DNA of 64,000 bases. It comes from Candidatus Bathyarchaeia archaeon (GTDB taxonomy: Archaea; Thermoproteota; Bathyarchaeia; Bathyarchaeales; Bathycorpusculaceae). Every line of letters begins with the position of its first letter. The first letter of the stretch is position 1. The notes under the pieces are model-generated. The model saw nothing but the letters and a program-made list of their open reading frames with translations, was not told where the DNA came from and searched no databases. The stretch lies in NCBI GenBank assembly GCA_049516875.1, contig JBEKSS010000004.1, forward strand, positions 96,001 through 160,000, read 5' to 3'. The position numbers and the translations under genes were made by a program. This document shows, one piece after another, positions 10,016 to 20,578 of this stretch.

Positions 10016-10791
10016 CACTGTTCGCAAAGGCTTACAACAATCTTCGGCTGGACAACTTTGATAAGAATCTTAGATCCACGTTGGAAGGCTTAAATGTTGA
10101 AGCCAAAACCTGCGGAGCCACCACCCGCGGGTGGATTCAAATATCGGTTTCTGGAGAGGACGAAAACGTGGCTCTGCGCTATCTGGACGATAGAATAGGA
10201 TTGTGCCCAGCCGCCTTAGAGGACATCAAGAGATTCTCAACAATCAAAGGCCGCATAACAGGTCTAGGGGAAAGTCAGAATGAACTGCGCGTTGATATGG
10301 GGGTGTTTTCTCCAAACATTTATGATGCCATAATCCCATTGTCAAGCTTGCAAGCCCAGCTTGTCGATGGTGGAAGGATATCGCTGGAGAAAATTGTTGA
10401 GCTATTCGGCTTCTGTGAAAACCTGCCGTTAACGATAAAAATCGATAATATCGATAAAGAGAAGGGTCTCATTTTGGCCGAAGTCGCTGCGAAGCAGCGA
10501 AGGCGGTACATAGAGTGGACAGAGGCGTTGCTAGACAGACTGCTGATTTTGGGAGCATCTCTCAACGGGATTGAGTTGGCTGTAGAAAGAGCAGGGTTCA
10601 AGCGCGATGTAGTCGGAATCGAACCGTTGGGAGGCTTTGAGTATGCGGTTGTGTGCAAGCTTGGAACCGATGCGGTCGGGTTGATTCCGAAGATTGGCCA
10701 GAACTTGAGAAACGCAAGCTTGGCTGTGTTCAGTCCGAGGAGGATTTTCGCTTTCTTTGGAAACAAGTTACCATTGCCTATCTCCTGGTGA
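10003..10791 (+). CDS. DUF2110-like protein
   Basis: Follows tfe-HD; GWIQISVSGEDE, VCKLGTDAVGLIPKIG. Confidence 0.75.
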   Translation: MPTITLFAKAYNNLRLDNFDKNLRSTLEGLNVEAKTCGATTRGWIQISVSGEDENVALRYLDDRIGLCPAALEDIKRFSTIKGRITGLGESQNELRVDMGVFSPNIYDAIIPLSSLQAQLVDGGRISLEKIVELFGFCENLPLTIKIDNIDKEKGLILAEVAAKQRRRYIEWTEALLDRLLILGASLNGIELAVERAGFKRDVVGIEPLGGFEYAVVCKLGTDAVGLIPKIGQNLRNASLAVFSPRRIFAFFGNKLPLPISW

Positions 10792-11030
10792 CAATGTAGA
10801 CGCCTGCAAAGATTATGAGACCTCCTGTGACAGTGAAAAAACCTGATTTTCTCGCCCACGAAAATTGTTGCGAAGAGCACGGTTACCAGTGGCTCTGCGA
10901 ACGTCAATGAGCTGGTCACTGCAGCTTTGACTTGGTTCATGACGTGGAACTAGATGAAATATCCTGGAAGAGAACAGGTGAAAGCTAGGTAAAGGATTAC
11001 TGACCGCTCGTTAATGTTCATGGCAAAGGC
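10778..11030 (-). pseudogene. 3' remnant of an EamA/DMT transporter
   Basis: Reads ILYLAFTCSLPGYFI*FHVMNQVKAAVTSSLTFAEPLVTVLFATIFVGEKI-(frameshift)-TGGLIIFAGVYIVTRR*. One internal TAG, one frameshift, 5' part missing. Confidence 0.75.
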
Positions 11031-11159
11031 CCGCGCTTACCATGCTATCTAACGTTTTTACTCCTCTTAGTGAAGGATTCTGTCGAAAAAAATCAAAAAC
11101 ACCCTTACTAGCATTGGCCGCAGAAGACACATTCTTTGGAAGCTCCAAAGGCTCTGTGC

Positions 11160-12056
11160 TCAGACGGGTTGATTTATCTCCCTGAGCAGATTTTCAAGGA
11201 TCTTACTTTCTTCACCGTCCAATGGTAATACTGGTTTGCGAGGGTAGCCACCTGCTAATCCCTGCAGCCTCATAGCCTCTTTGATGGCTGAAATTTGATT
11301 GAACCTCTTTACAAGCACTTCATTTGCAAACGACATGCGGTTTTGCAGTCTACTTGCCTCTTCGTATCGTCCATTCTTGAAAGCCCTGTACAAGCGACTG
11401 CACAAGGTGGGAAACGCGTTTCCAATCGCTATCACTGCGCCCCTTCCCCCTGACAGCAGCGTGGGTAGCGTTACGTCGGCTGTTCCGGCCAAAACTGAAA
11501 TTTTGGTGCCTGTTAACCTCACGGTTTCTATTATGGTGCCGATGTTTCCGCTGCTGTCTTTGACTCCGATTATCTTTTCGTTTTCTGCCGCAAGTTCGTG
11601 AATGAAGGTCGGTTCTAAGGAGACGCCGGTGAACTTGGGAACGTTGTAGACTACTATAGGAATGTCGACGTTTTCTGAGAGGGTTCGGTAGTGCTCGTGG
11701 ATTTCCTTGTTTGAGAGTTTGAAGTAGAATGGTGTCACGACAAGGGCGGCGTCGGCACCTAAGTCGGCAGCGTCCCTGGTGAACGTGATGGTCTCTTGCG
11801 TGCTCATGCTACCTGTACCGGCTATCACGGGAACCTTTCCATTGGCTTCATCCATGACGGTTTCAATAACCTTCATCCTCTCCTGCCGAGAAAGGTAGGG
11901 GGCTTCGCCGTTGCTGCCGCAGGGCACCAGTCCTGAAACTCCGCCTTCTAACCAAAACCGCACACACGCCCTAAGCGCCTTGACATCAAGTCGACCGTTA
12001 CGTGTGAAGGGGGTGACGCCTGGCACGAACATTCCATTCAAAACAAGCATGGGCAT
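11160..12056 (-). CDS. Dihydrodipicolinate synthase family protein
   Basis: TPF, GSNGE, VIAGTG, VVTPFY, YNVPKFTG, Schiff-base GVKDSSG. Confidence 0.9.
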   Translation of the reverse strand: MPMLVLNGMFVPGVTPFTRNGRLDVKALRACVRFWLEGGVSGLVPCGSNGEAPYLSRQERMKVIETVMDEANGKVPVIAGTGSMSTQETITFTRDAADLGADAALVVTPFYFKLSNKEIHEHYRTLSENVDIPIVVYNVPKFTGVSLEPTFIHELAAENEKIIGVKDSSGNIGTIIETVRLTGTKISVLAGTADVTLPTLLSGGRGAVIAIGNAFPTLCSRLYRAFKNGRYEEASRLQNRMSFANEVLVKRFNQISAIKEAMRLQGLAGGYPRKPVLPLDGEESKILENLLREINQPV

Positions 12057-12393
12057 ATTCTTTCCACTCGGAACCTAACATGTGAAAATCGTTATATAAA
12101 CCTACAATCATGGCGCGTATGCTTGTTCCTAAATTCCGTTGAAGAGGCAGGCATGGCGTTTTCCGATGGTCGAGGGTTACTGTCACGGTTCGATTGCGTT
12201 CTTGCTTGCTCACACCCTCCCCCCCGGGTATGCTATATGATCCAAATATGGTTGAAGACCAAAATGAGTAGCACAAGCCACTTCCCAAAAGAATTCAGGA
12301 GCACGCTAGCGCGCAAAATGCAACTAGACGTTCAGAGAAAACAGCTAAACAACTACGATTTTTGAGCGCGCTAACATACTCTCGAAAGGTTTA

Positions 12394-12455
12394 ATGTTGA
12401 AATTCTAATCCTTGTGTTTGAGTACTCGATCCGTGATTTTTTTTGGCCCTCAAAA
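12394..12455. repeat. Copy of a dispersed ~60 bp non-coding repeat (other copies at 61381-61600)
   Basis: TCCTTGTGTTTGAGTACTCGATCCGTGATTT (12409-12439) matches 61397-61427 at 29/31 positions. Confidence 0.75.
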
Positions 12456-12490
12456 TGATGACTTTGCACAAAGATCAAATCATCAATGCA

Positions 12491-12679
12491 TTACGGTCTC
12501 GCAAGAAATATTTCACGTGCATACCTTCTGGCATCCTTCCAGACCAATCTAAACAAGCCAGACTTTGACCCGAACGATATGGGAACGGCTACGGCGTAGT
12601 CGACGTGAAGGGCATAGCCATAGTCGTCTGCTACTTCCACAAAAACGAATAAATCCGGCATCTCTGCTTTGTGAGACAT
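12491..12679 (-). CDS. Small hypothetical protein or gene remnant
   Basis: 62-aa ORF with a GAGGGG SD before the ATG; no recognisable motif. Confidence 0.3.
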   Translation of the reverse strand: MSHKAEMPDLFVFVEVADDYGYALHVDYAVAVPISFGSKSGLFRLVWKDARRYAREIFLARP

Positions 12680-12769
12680 GATTCCCCTCGTTTCGGTCAG
12701 TTTCTTCTCTTCTCAGCTTCGTCGGGGAGCTAGAGAAAGAAAACAGGTTATCATTCCGCAGGAGATAGG

Positions 12770-12844
12770 TGGGCCGGACCGGACTCGAACCGGCGACCTT
12801 TGGCTCGTAAAGCCAATGTCCTAACCAAGCTAGACGACCGGCCC
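12770..12844 (-). tRNA. tRNA-Val(TAC)
   Basis: GGGCCGG acceptor stem; anticodon arm TTGGC-TT TAC GA-GCCAA; T arm GCCGG-TTCGAGT-CCGGT; no intron; CCA not encoded. Confidence 0.95.
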
Positions 12845-12893
12845 ATGTTTCATTAAAGAATGAGGGTTCGGCTTTAACATTTTTCCCGAGGTT

Positions 12894-13880
12894 CTAAGCG
12901 AACTGCTTTTCTGCGAGAATTCTTTCGATGACGTCGACAGGGTTCTGAAGGTCGGCGAGTTTGGCTTTTACGTCGACCTTCTTTCCTAACTGTTGCCTTG
13001 CACACGCAAGGATTCTCGATGGGTTTACTATGAAGAGGGGGAATCCTTTCTTTGAGAGGTATTCGTTGACTTGAAGGCGGCCAAATGCGGATATCACTAT
13101 GCTTGGGGTTCCTTGCAATGCTGCTTCTCTCGCGATTGTGCCTCCCACGCCCACGACTAGGTCGGATTGTGCGGCGAGGCTCGCTGAATCTACGAATTCG
13201 TGTATAACTATGAACTTTCTGCTCTTCGGTTTGCTGTAGCGTGGAAGGAAAACAACGGTGCCAAGGGAGGAGAGCTTGTTTGCGACGTCAATTGTGACAT
13301 CGGTTGTTCCAAGAGCGTACGTTGCTTTCATTTCTGACTGTCTTACCACGATCAAGGGTCTCTTGAATTCGAATTTTTTCTTTCGGTTAGGGTCTTTTGT
13401 CCAGGCAACTTCGTCAACGCCTTTGAACTGGACAATCTTCTGGGTCCCGTATTTTTTGAAGATGGTCTTGGGAATGGCTTCCGAGATGAGAAGAGTGCTT
13501 GCTAGCGGTATCGTCAATCTGTTGACCGCTACGGCGTAAGGCGTGTCAGCTGTCACGATTGTTGGGATTTTCAAACCAAAAGCTGACCGACATAGCTCGA
13601 CTGACTGGTGCGAGACGGCCACCTCGGGTGGGTGGTCTTTGAACATCCTTGAAAACTGGAGCATGCGATTAGCGCTTTCTTCCAAGCGCGTGGAAAGGGA
13701 TGTTGGATTGTATTTGCCAACGACGATTGGTTTTTCGCCGAGGGTTTTTGCCAAAGCCACAGTGTCAGGGTGCTCCCTGATTGTGAATATGACCTCGTGA
13801 CCCAGCTTCCTCAGGCGCCTTGCAATCGCCGTGCCATACCTAACGTGTTTACCGGTACAAGCATCATACCAAACTTTCAT
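12894..13880 (-). CDS. DUF354 family protein (GT-B fold-like, glycan associated)
   Basis: MKVWYDACTGKHV, GVDEVAW, DLVVGVGGTIAREAALQGTP. Confidence 0.85.
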   Translation of the reverse strand: MKVWYDACTGKHVRYGTAIARRLRKLGHEVIFTIREHPDTVALAKTLGEKPIVVGKYNPTSLSTRLEESANRMLQFSRMFKDHPPEVAVSHQSVELCRSAFGLKIPTIVTADTPYAVAVNRLTIPLASTLLISEAIPKTIFKKYGTQKIVQFKGVDEVAWTKDPNRKKKFEFKRPLIVVRQSEMKATYALGTTDVTIDVANKLSSLGTVVFLPRYSKPKSRKFIVIHEFVDSASLAAQSDLVVGVGGTIAREAALQGTPSIVISAFGRLQVNEYLSKKGFPLFIVNPSRILACARQQLGKKVDVKAKLADLQNPVDVIERILAEKQFA

Positions 13881-13884
13881 CGTT

Positions 13885-14388
13885 TCACCGCAGCCTCTTC
13901 TCAACGAAGGCCTTCTTCTTGTCTTCGTACTCCTTCCTTGTCATCATCGGCTTTGATGGAACGTCCTTCACCACCGTCGCCGGCGCGACGTTCTTGGTTA
14001 CTACGCTTCCAGCTGCGACAACTGCGCCTTCGCCGACTGTTACGTTGGGCAGTATCACTGCGCACCCGCCTATCACAGCGTTGTCCTCTATGGTAGGCGG
14101 GGTTAAGCGTACGCTTACTGGAAACTTGTCGTTTAGAAGAGTGCTGTTGGGAGCTATGAACACGTTGTTGCCGATTTTGCAGCCGTTTGAAATCGTCACG
14201 TGGGTCTGTATGTTACAGTTCCTTCCTATTATGACGTTCTTGCCTATGTCACAGAAGCTGCCGATGCGAGTTTCATCACCGATTCGTGTGTTGTCGCCTA
14301 TCACAACGTAGTTCCACACAACCACGCCATCGCCGAATCTGACGTTTTTTCCGAGTATTACTCCCTTGCCCATCGTTGGCTTCGGCAT
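13885..14388 (-). CDS. Hexapeptide-repeat N-acetyltransferase (WbpD-like)
   Basis: Left-handed beta-helix repeats, NDKFP, VGEGAVVAAGSVVTKNV. Confidence 0.88.
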   Translation of the reverse strand: MPKPTMGKGVILGKNVRFGDGVVVWNYVVIGDNTRIGDETRIGSFCDIGKNVIIGRNCNIQTHVTISNGCKIGNNVFIAPNSTLLNDKFPVSVRLTPPTIEDNAVIGGCAVILPNVTVGEGAVVAAGSVVTKNVAPATVVKDVPSKPMMTRKEYEDKKKAFVEKRLR

Positions 14389-14478
14389 GCTTCCACTCTG
14401 CCTTTAGGGTTTTAGAGCGTATGAAGTTTAAATAGTTTGATGGTTCATTTTTTTGCTGCTGGTAGGATGTGGAAAGAG

Positions 14479-15310
14479 TTGGTGGGAGAGAAAGTTTTAG
14501 TTGTGGGTCTGGGCGAGGTGGGTCGGCCGTTGTTTGATTTGCTGAAAGAAAACGGACGGTTTACCGTTTATGGCCTTGATACAGACAGTGCCAAGATGCG
14601 CGAGGTTGGACAGAGTCAAAGTGAGCTACCCTCCGAAGTGGATGTAATGCACGTCTGCCTTCCATGCAATGAACAAGACAAATTCGTCAGCATAGTCGTG
14701 GGCTACGCGAAAAAGTTCAGCCCCAGACTGTTAATCATCAACAGCACTGTTCCTCCCGGGACAACACTCGAAGTGAGCAAACACTGCAGATGCCTTGCTG
14801 CCCATTCTCCAGTTCGCGGAGTGCACAAGAGGCTTGGAGCACACGAAGTGGGAACTGAAACGTTGGACAAAATACGTCGGCGGCGTGGATGCAAAGTCAG
14901 CGAAAGCCGCCAGCAAGCATTTCCAGAGGCTGGGCTTGAAGATCAAGATCTTGAGAATCCCGTTGGAAACAGAGTTGGCAAAACTGTTTGAGACCACTTA
15001 TAGGGCCTGGATGATCACGTGTTTCCAGGAAATGCACAGAATCTCCAGGCATTTCGATGCACACTTTGACGATGTGGCGGATTTCATCGAGGACACGCAT
15101 CGTGTGAGATTCGACAGGCCCGTGATGTTTCCAGGAGTAATCGGCGGACACTGCATCATCCCCAACACCGAACTGCTGCTCGGAAGTTACGACTCTGAAC
15201 TGTTGCGTTACATCTTAAAATCCAATGAAGAGCGAAAAAAGGAAATGAAGGACAAAACTGTTTGTGAAGAAGTGATAGAGGTAAAAAGAAGATTAGAGAA
15301 GGAAACCTGA
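14479..15310 (+). pseudogene. Short UDP/GDP-sugar dehydrogenase family gene, frameshifted near 14831
   Basis: GLGEVG Rossmann motif, INSTVPPGTT, HSPVRGVH in one frame; ETELAKLFETTYRA, GVIGGHC in the next frame. A one-base shift at AAGAGGCTTG restores the frame, so this may be a sequencing error. Confidence 0.8.
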
Positions 15311-15527
15311 CATCACCAGTTGATTTTCAAGCCCACACATTAGTTGCTCCTCTCTCTTGTGCAGAGAGAAGAGTTTTCTGATTCTTGCTCTTGCGGCTTG
15401 TCTTCTTCTGCATCTGAGCTTGGTGCCTCTTGATTCCCTCTACCGTAGCTTCTACGTCGTGTGTCGCATCTACTACGCACAAAACGCCAAAACCGCGGCA
15501 TGATTTATCTTCATTTATGGTGAGGAA

Positions 15528-16130
15528 TTGAGAGTTAAATATGGTTGGGACCTACAGTATCCTGACGCGGGGTATTGGGATTCCCGAACACCATTGCATA
15601 TGGGTATGCCGAGATTTTTTCATTTCTACCAAGACCTAAATGATAAAAAGCTTAGAATATTCCTTACTAAAGAAAGAAAAAAGAAAGATAGAATTTTGGA
15701 TGCAGGGTGTGGAGAAGGAAGATTCGTTGCTTATGCAGACGTAGGTGTGGATTTTAGCAAAGGTATGCTTCAAAGAGCCAAAAGACGCCATCAAGATGGA
15801 AGTTTTGTTCGCGCTTCGCTTTTGCATCTGCCTTTTGGAGACAAGGCATTTTCGACCGCCTTTACAGTAGATGTTTTGCTGCATATCCCACCGGAAAAAA
15901 GGAAGGACGCCTCAAGAGAGCTGAATAGAGTTTCAGATAATTGTTACCATTTTTTGGCTGAACACAGAACTGTCACCCCTTTTATATTTGAACTCTTCAA
16001 AACGTTACCTTCTAAGCTTTTCGGGCGGTTAATCCCGTACATAACTGTATTTTTTGCATTTCAATTCGATAGACTCAGAAAGCTAGAAATTGATTCGGAG
16101 CCTGAAGTACTAAAAAAGTTGGCGAGTTGA
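15528..16130 (+). CDS. Class I SAM-dependent methyltransferase
   Basis: ILDAGCGEG, GVDFSKGML, LPF.DKAF, VLLHI. Confidence 0.85.
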   Translation: MRVKYGWDLQYPDAGYWDSRTPLHMGMPRFFHFYQDLNDKKLRIFLTKERKKKDRILDAGCGEGRFVAYADVGVDFSKGMLQRAKRRHQDGSFVRASLLHLPFGDKAFSTAFTVDVLLHIPPEKRKDASRELNRVSDNCYHFLAEHRTVTPFIFELFKTLPSKLFGRLIPYITVFFAFQFDRLRKLEIDSEPEVLKKLAS

Positions 16131-16208
16131 TTCTCCTGCTAATCAGAATTTGTTGCGGAGAACACATGTGTCTGATACATTTTTAGTTCTTGTGCAAGTC
16201 TTCAGTTG

Positions 16209-17225
16209 TTACATTATTTTCGATATTTCTTCAGTAAGCCTCTTTTCTCTGATTTCTAGAGAAAAATATTCTTGAATTCTTTTTCTTGCCTTTTCCCCTA
16301 AATCAGAATTTAAAGCTTCTTTCACCGCACTTGCTGTCGCCTTGGGATTGTTATAAGGTACATAAAAACCAGTGTCAGCCACAATCTCAGGAAGAGAGTA
16401 TAATCTCGTAACCACGGGAACGCATTGACAAGACATAGCCTCAGCCAATGCTACCCCGAAACTTTCTTGGGTTGAAAGCTGGCAATACACTTTAGCTCTT
16501 CCGTAATAATCTAGTAGCTGTTCATCAGAGACATATCCTCTAAAAACGACATTACGACCAGCTATTTGTTTAAGATGTTCAACAGAGTCATCGTATTTTC
16601 CAAGGAGTGCAAAAGTGGCTTCAGGCACATACTTAGAAGCTTCAACGAAAGTATCCAACCTTTTTTTGTTTATCGTAGATTCAGATATTGTACCGACTGT
16701 TATGACCAGGTTCTCTTTCTTTCCCGAAGGACTGAACTTTTCTGTGTCGACACAATTGTAAACCAAGCTGAGATTTTTAGGCTTAGCGAAAAACAAGATT
16801 TCTCTAATGCTAGACTTAGAAACAGCCAAGATTTTACTTGCATTCTCTAGTATGAACTTGACTTCAAAACGACCATACGGGGACAACAAAAGTCCGTAGT
16901 TTATCTCTGGAACACAAGCCACTTCATATCCACCAATGACTATTATGCTCTTCTTTCGTAGAAGTTTACAGAAAAGTACGATAAAAAAGCCATCCAAGGT
17001 AGCCCACCAAGAAAAAGCTACATCGCACCACAAGATACCTTTAAGCAATTTAAGAAACGCAAGAGGGCTCCTACCTCTTTCAGGAACGAGAAACGTTGTA
17101 ATCTTCAGCTTCTTAACATTGAAATGTCTTTCGATTATCTCCATATCTCTGAGAACAAACGAAGACAAACTTGAATAAACGAAGAGAATCTTCGGTCTCT
17201 CTTTTACACTCAACACATGCATCAC
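16209..17225 (-). CDS. Glycosyltransferase family 4
   Basis: N.VDTEKF, ESFGVALAEAM. Confidence 0.9.
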   Translation of the reverse strand: MMHVLSVKERPKILFVYSSLSSFVLRDMEIIERHFNVKKLKITTFLVPERGRSPLAFLKLLKGILWCDVAFSWWATLDGFFIVLFCKLLRKKSIIVIGGYEVACVPEINYGLLLSPYGRFEVKFILENASKILAVSKSSIREILFFAKPKNLSLVYNCVDTEKFSPSGKKENLVITVGTISESTINKKRLDTFVEASKYVPEATFALLGKYDDSVEHLKQIAGRNVVFRGYVSDEQLLDYYGRAKVYCQLSTQESFGVALAEAMSCQCVPVVTRLYSLPEIVADTGFYVPYNNPKATASAVKEALNSDLGEKARKRIQEYFSLEIREKRLTEEISKIM

Positions 17226-17468
17226 TGTGTTCTCTCTTACATTATGGTAGCGTAAAATGTCTTAATTGTATATTAATTGGTTCTTCATTCACTCACCCAA
17301 GCTATTGCCATTCTAGAACCTGTTTCAGTAGATTCATCTTAGTTTCTAAGTCAAACGAGCGATTGGTTGGAAGTAATAGCAGTGAGGTATTTAAGAAGGA
17401 GAGCATCTCAATTATGCTCTCCCACGGGCAAACATAAGTACTACTGGAAAACGCAAGGTAGGCCCTAA

Positions 17469-18581
17469 ATGCGGATATGCTATTTGGCAAATGCAGCAAG
17501 TGTTCACACACACAGATGGACACGGTACTTCGTTGAAAGGGGACACGAAGTCCATGTGATCTCCTTCGAAAACGCCCAAATCGCAGGGGCCATCGTCCAC
17601 GTTTTGAAACTTCCACTGCTCGTTAGAAGCGCCACTTTCCCCCTCAAAATAGCATCTATCTACAGAATAAGAGCTCTAATCAAGAGAATAGAACCAGACA
17701 TCCTGCACGCACATTACGTAACTAACTATGGACTTTTCGGCGCTCTGTGCAACTTCAGACCTTTCGTAATCACAGCCTGGGGTTCAGATGTTTTAATCGT
17801 TCCCGAAGCGCGCCTTATATCAACCATAAAGGGGTTCATTGCGAAATACACGCTGAAAAAGGCGGATTCAATAACGTGCGATGCTCGCCACATGAAGGAC
17901 GCCATGGTGAGGCTTGGGGTTTCTCCAGACAATGTTAACATCATCTTCTTCGGGGTTGACACTAGAAAATTCAGTCCCGGACAGAAAAGTGAAACACTTA
18001 GAGCCCAATTGGGCGTTTATGACTCGCCTGCCGTCATAAGCCTAAGAAATCTTGAATCTATATATGACATCGAATCGTTGATCAAGTCCGCACCTTTAGT
18101 GCTGAAGGAAATTCCCAGAACAAAGTTCATAATCGCTGGAAAAGGTTCTGAAGAAAAAAAACTGAGAGAGCTAGCCAAATCTTTAGGCGTTTCAGAAAGC
18201 GTGAAGTTCATCGGTTTCATACAAAACGATAAACTCCCCGAGTATTTGAATTCCATGGACGTGTACGTTTCCACATCTCTCTCAGACGCTGGAATTGCAG
18301 CCAGCACGGCAGAAGCGATGGCTTGCGGACTGCCAGTGATTGTTACTGATGCTGCTGATAACAGAATGTGGGTAGAGGAAGGTGTGAACGGATTTGTTAT
18401 TCCGGTAAGAGATCCGAAATTGTTGGCTGAAAGAATTATCCATTTATTGAAAAACGAAGACATAAGAAGGAGATTTGGAGATATTAACAGAAAAGTGATC
18501 GAGGAGAGAAACAATTATTATAAAGAGATGGCGAAGATGGAAGAGATTTACAAAAAACTAGTCGAGGAGTATGAAAAATGA
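17469..18581 (+). CDS. Glycosyltransferase family 4
   Basis: PDILHAH, WGSD, GVDT, EAMACGLPVIVTD. Confidence 0.92.
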   Translation: MRICYLANAASVHTHRWTRYFVERGHEVHVISFENAQIAGAIVHVLKLPLLVRSATFPLKIASIYRIRALIKRIEPDILHAHYVTNYGLFGALCNFRPFVITAWGSDVLIVPEARLISTIKGFIAKYTLKKADSITCDARHMKDAMVRLGVSPDNVNIIFFGVDTRKFSPGQKSETLRAQLGVYDSPAVISLRNLESIYDIESLIKSAPLVLKEIPRTKFIIAGKGSEEKKLRELAKSLGVSESVKFIGFIQNDKLPEYLNSMDVYVSTSLSDAGIAASTAEAMACGLPVIVTDAADNRMWVEEGVNGFVIPVRDPKLLAERIIHLLKNEDIRRRFGDINRKVIEERNNYYKEMAKMEEIYKKLVEEYEK

Positions 18582-19537
18582 GAATCCTAATAACGGGCGG
18601 GGCAGGGTTCATAGGAAGTTACCTCTGCGAGAAATACACCAAAGAAGGACACACGGTCCTGTGCTTGGACAATTTCCTGAGCGGGAACCTACTGAACGTG
18701 AGACACCTATTGATTCACCGAAATTTCAAGCTCATAGAAGGCGATATTCTAGATTTTAACCTTCTAGAAAGAATAAGCCGCGATGTAGACGCAATTTTCC
18801 ATCTAGCAGCTCAGATCCACGTGGACAGGTCCTATGTTGAGCCTCGCCTTACTTACGAGATAAACGTGATGGGAACACAGAACATCTTGGAAGTTGCAAG
18901 GATATACGACGTTAAGAAGGTCATTCACACTTCTACGAGTGAGGTATACGGTTCAGCCCAGTATGTGCCCATAGACGAGAAGCATCCTCTAGACGCTCCA
19001 CACCCCTACGGAGCCAGCAAAATAGCTGCGGACAGAATGTGCCATGCATACGTCACGACGTATGGTATGAACATCTCTATACCGAGGTTTTTCAACATCT
19101 TCGGTCCTAGGCAAAGAGACATCGGATACGGTGGAGTGATATCCATATTTACCCGAAGAGTTCTGAATGACATGCCACCGATCATTTATGGAGATGGCAA
19201 GCAAACAAGAGATTACACTTACGTGGAGGACTCCGTCAGAGCTTTCGATTTAATTCTTAACCACAATTCGAGAATCGATCCTATTAACATCGGTACTGGA
19301 AAGGAAGTAAGTATAATCGATTTAGCCAACCTGATCATTGGTTTATGTGGCAAAAAAGGGAAGATAAAACCCGTCCATGTAGAGCCAAGAATCGGAGAAG
19401 TGAAAAAGCTAATCGCCGACAGAACTAGAGCCAAAGAAGTCTTGGGATGGGAACCTAAGTATAACTTGAAAGACGGCCTGAGCAATTTCATCCAATGGTA
19501 CAAGAATTACGGACTAGAGGAGCGAATCAAGCTGTGA
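18578..19537 (+). CDS. NAD-dependent epimerase/dehydratase (NDP-sugar 4,6-dehydratase-like)
   Basis: TGGAGFIG, HLAAQIHVDRS, STSEVYG, YGASK, FNIFGPRQ. Confidence 0.92.
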   Translation: MRILITGGAGFIGSYLCEKYTKEGHTVLCLDNFLSGNLLNVRHLLIHRNFKLIEGDILDFNLLERISRDVDAIFHLAAQIHVDRSYVEPRLTYEINVMGTQNILEVARIYDVKKVIHTSTSEVYGSAQYVPIDEKHPLDAPHPYGASKIAADRMCHAYVTTYGMNISIPRFFNIFGPRQRDIGYGGVISIFTRRVLNDMPPIIYGDGKQTRDYTYVEDSVRAFDLILNHNSRIDPINIGTGKEVSIIDLANLIIGLCGKKGKIKPVHVEPRIGEVKKLIADRTRAKEVLGWEPKYNLKDGLSNFIQWYKNYGLEERIKL

Positions 19538-20538
19538 ATAAAAAGGAGCAAGACTTGCTCGCCTTAGATGTCCCCACAAAAATTTTGCATAAAATGTACG
19601 TGACCATGGTAAGGATTCGGAAATTCGAGGAGAGAATCGCAGAAATTCTTCTTTCCTCAAAAGAAATCACCACGCCCTGCCATTTATACATCGGACAAGA
19701 AGCCGTGGCAACAGGAGTGTGTACGGCTCTCAGAAAGGACGACTATGTCCTTAGCACCCACCGCTCCCACGGCCATTTTTTAGCCAAAGGCGGCGACCTA
19801 AAGGCGTTGATGGCAGAGATTTATTGCAAAAAAACAGGCTGTTCACGAGGTAAAGGCGGCTCGATGCATGTTGCATCACCCGACGTGGGATTACCGGGAA
19901 GCTCTGCCATTGTTGGCGGAACAATACCCATAGCCGCTGGAGCAGCATTGGCCTTCTCCATACAGAACAAGGACGCTGTATCTGTTGTCTTCTTTGGCGA
20001 TGGAGCAGTCCATGAGGGAGTGTTCTACGAAACCCTCAACTTCGCTTCCCTCAACAAACTACCTGTTATCTTCGTCTGCGAGAACAATCTCTACTGCACG
20101 CATCTCCCCGTAGCAGCCTGTCTCGCAGACACCGACATTCACAAGAAAGCCAATGTTTTTGCGATGCCAAGCGTCAGAATCGATGGAAACAACGCGATGG
20201 AAGTTTACAAGACGGCAAAGAAGGCAATAGAAGATGCTCGAAGTGGGAAAGGACCCACCTTAATAGAGTGCATGACTTACAGATGGAAAGGTCACGTTGG
20301 ACCCAGCGACGATTTAGACAAGGGCCTCAGAAGCAAAGAAGAGTTAGACTACTGGATGAACAGGGACCCGATTAGAACAATGGAGAAATTTCTGCTGGAA
20401 CACAGCATCATGTCCAAGCTGGAAATAAACCACACACACAAAGCTGCTTCAGAAGAGGTGGAGGAAGCCGTCAAATTCGCAAGAGAAAGCCCGTATCCAG
20501 ACGAGAATGAGCTTCTCCACAGTGTGTTCAAAACCTAA
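19534..20538 (+). CDS. TPP-dependent dehydrogenase E1 alpha-like subunit
   Basis: HLYIGQEA, THRSHGH, GKGGSMH, TPP motif GDGA...ENN, TYRWKGH. GTG start overlaps the upstream TGA. Confidence 0.92.
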   Translation: MNKKEQDLLALDVPTKILHKMYVTMVRIRKFEERIAEILLSSKEITTPCHLYIGQEAVATGVCTALRKDDYVLSTHRSHGHFLAKGGDLKALMAEIYCKKTGCSRGKGGSMHVASPDVGLPGSSAIVGGTIPIAAGAALAFSIQNKDAVSVVFFGDGAVHEGVFYETLNFASLNKLPVIFVCENNLYCTHLPVAACLADTDIHKKANVFAMPSVRIDGNNAMEVYKTAKKAIEDARSGKGPTLIECMTYRWKGHVGPSDDLDKGLRSKEELDYWMNRDPIRTMEKFLLEHSIMSKLEINHTHKAASEEVEEAVKFARESPYPDENELLHSVFKT

Positions 20539-20578
20539 CATGTGAAAGGCGAGCTATGGAACCAAGGTGTGAATTACC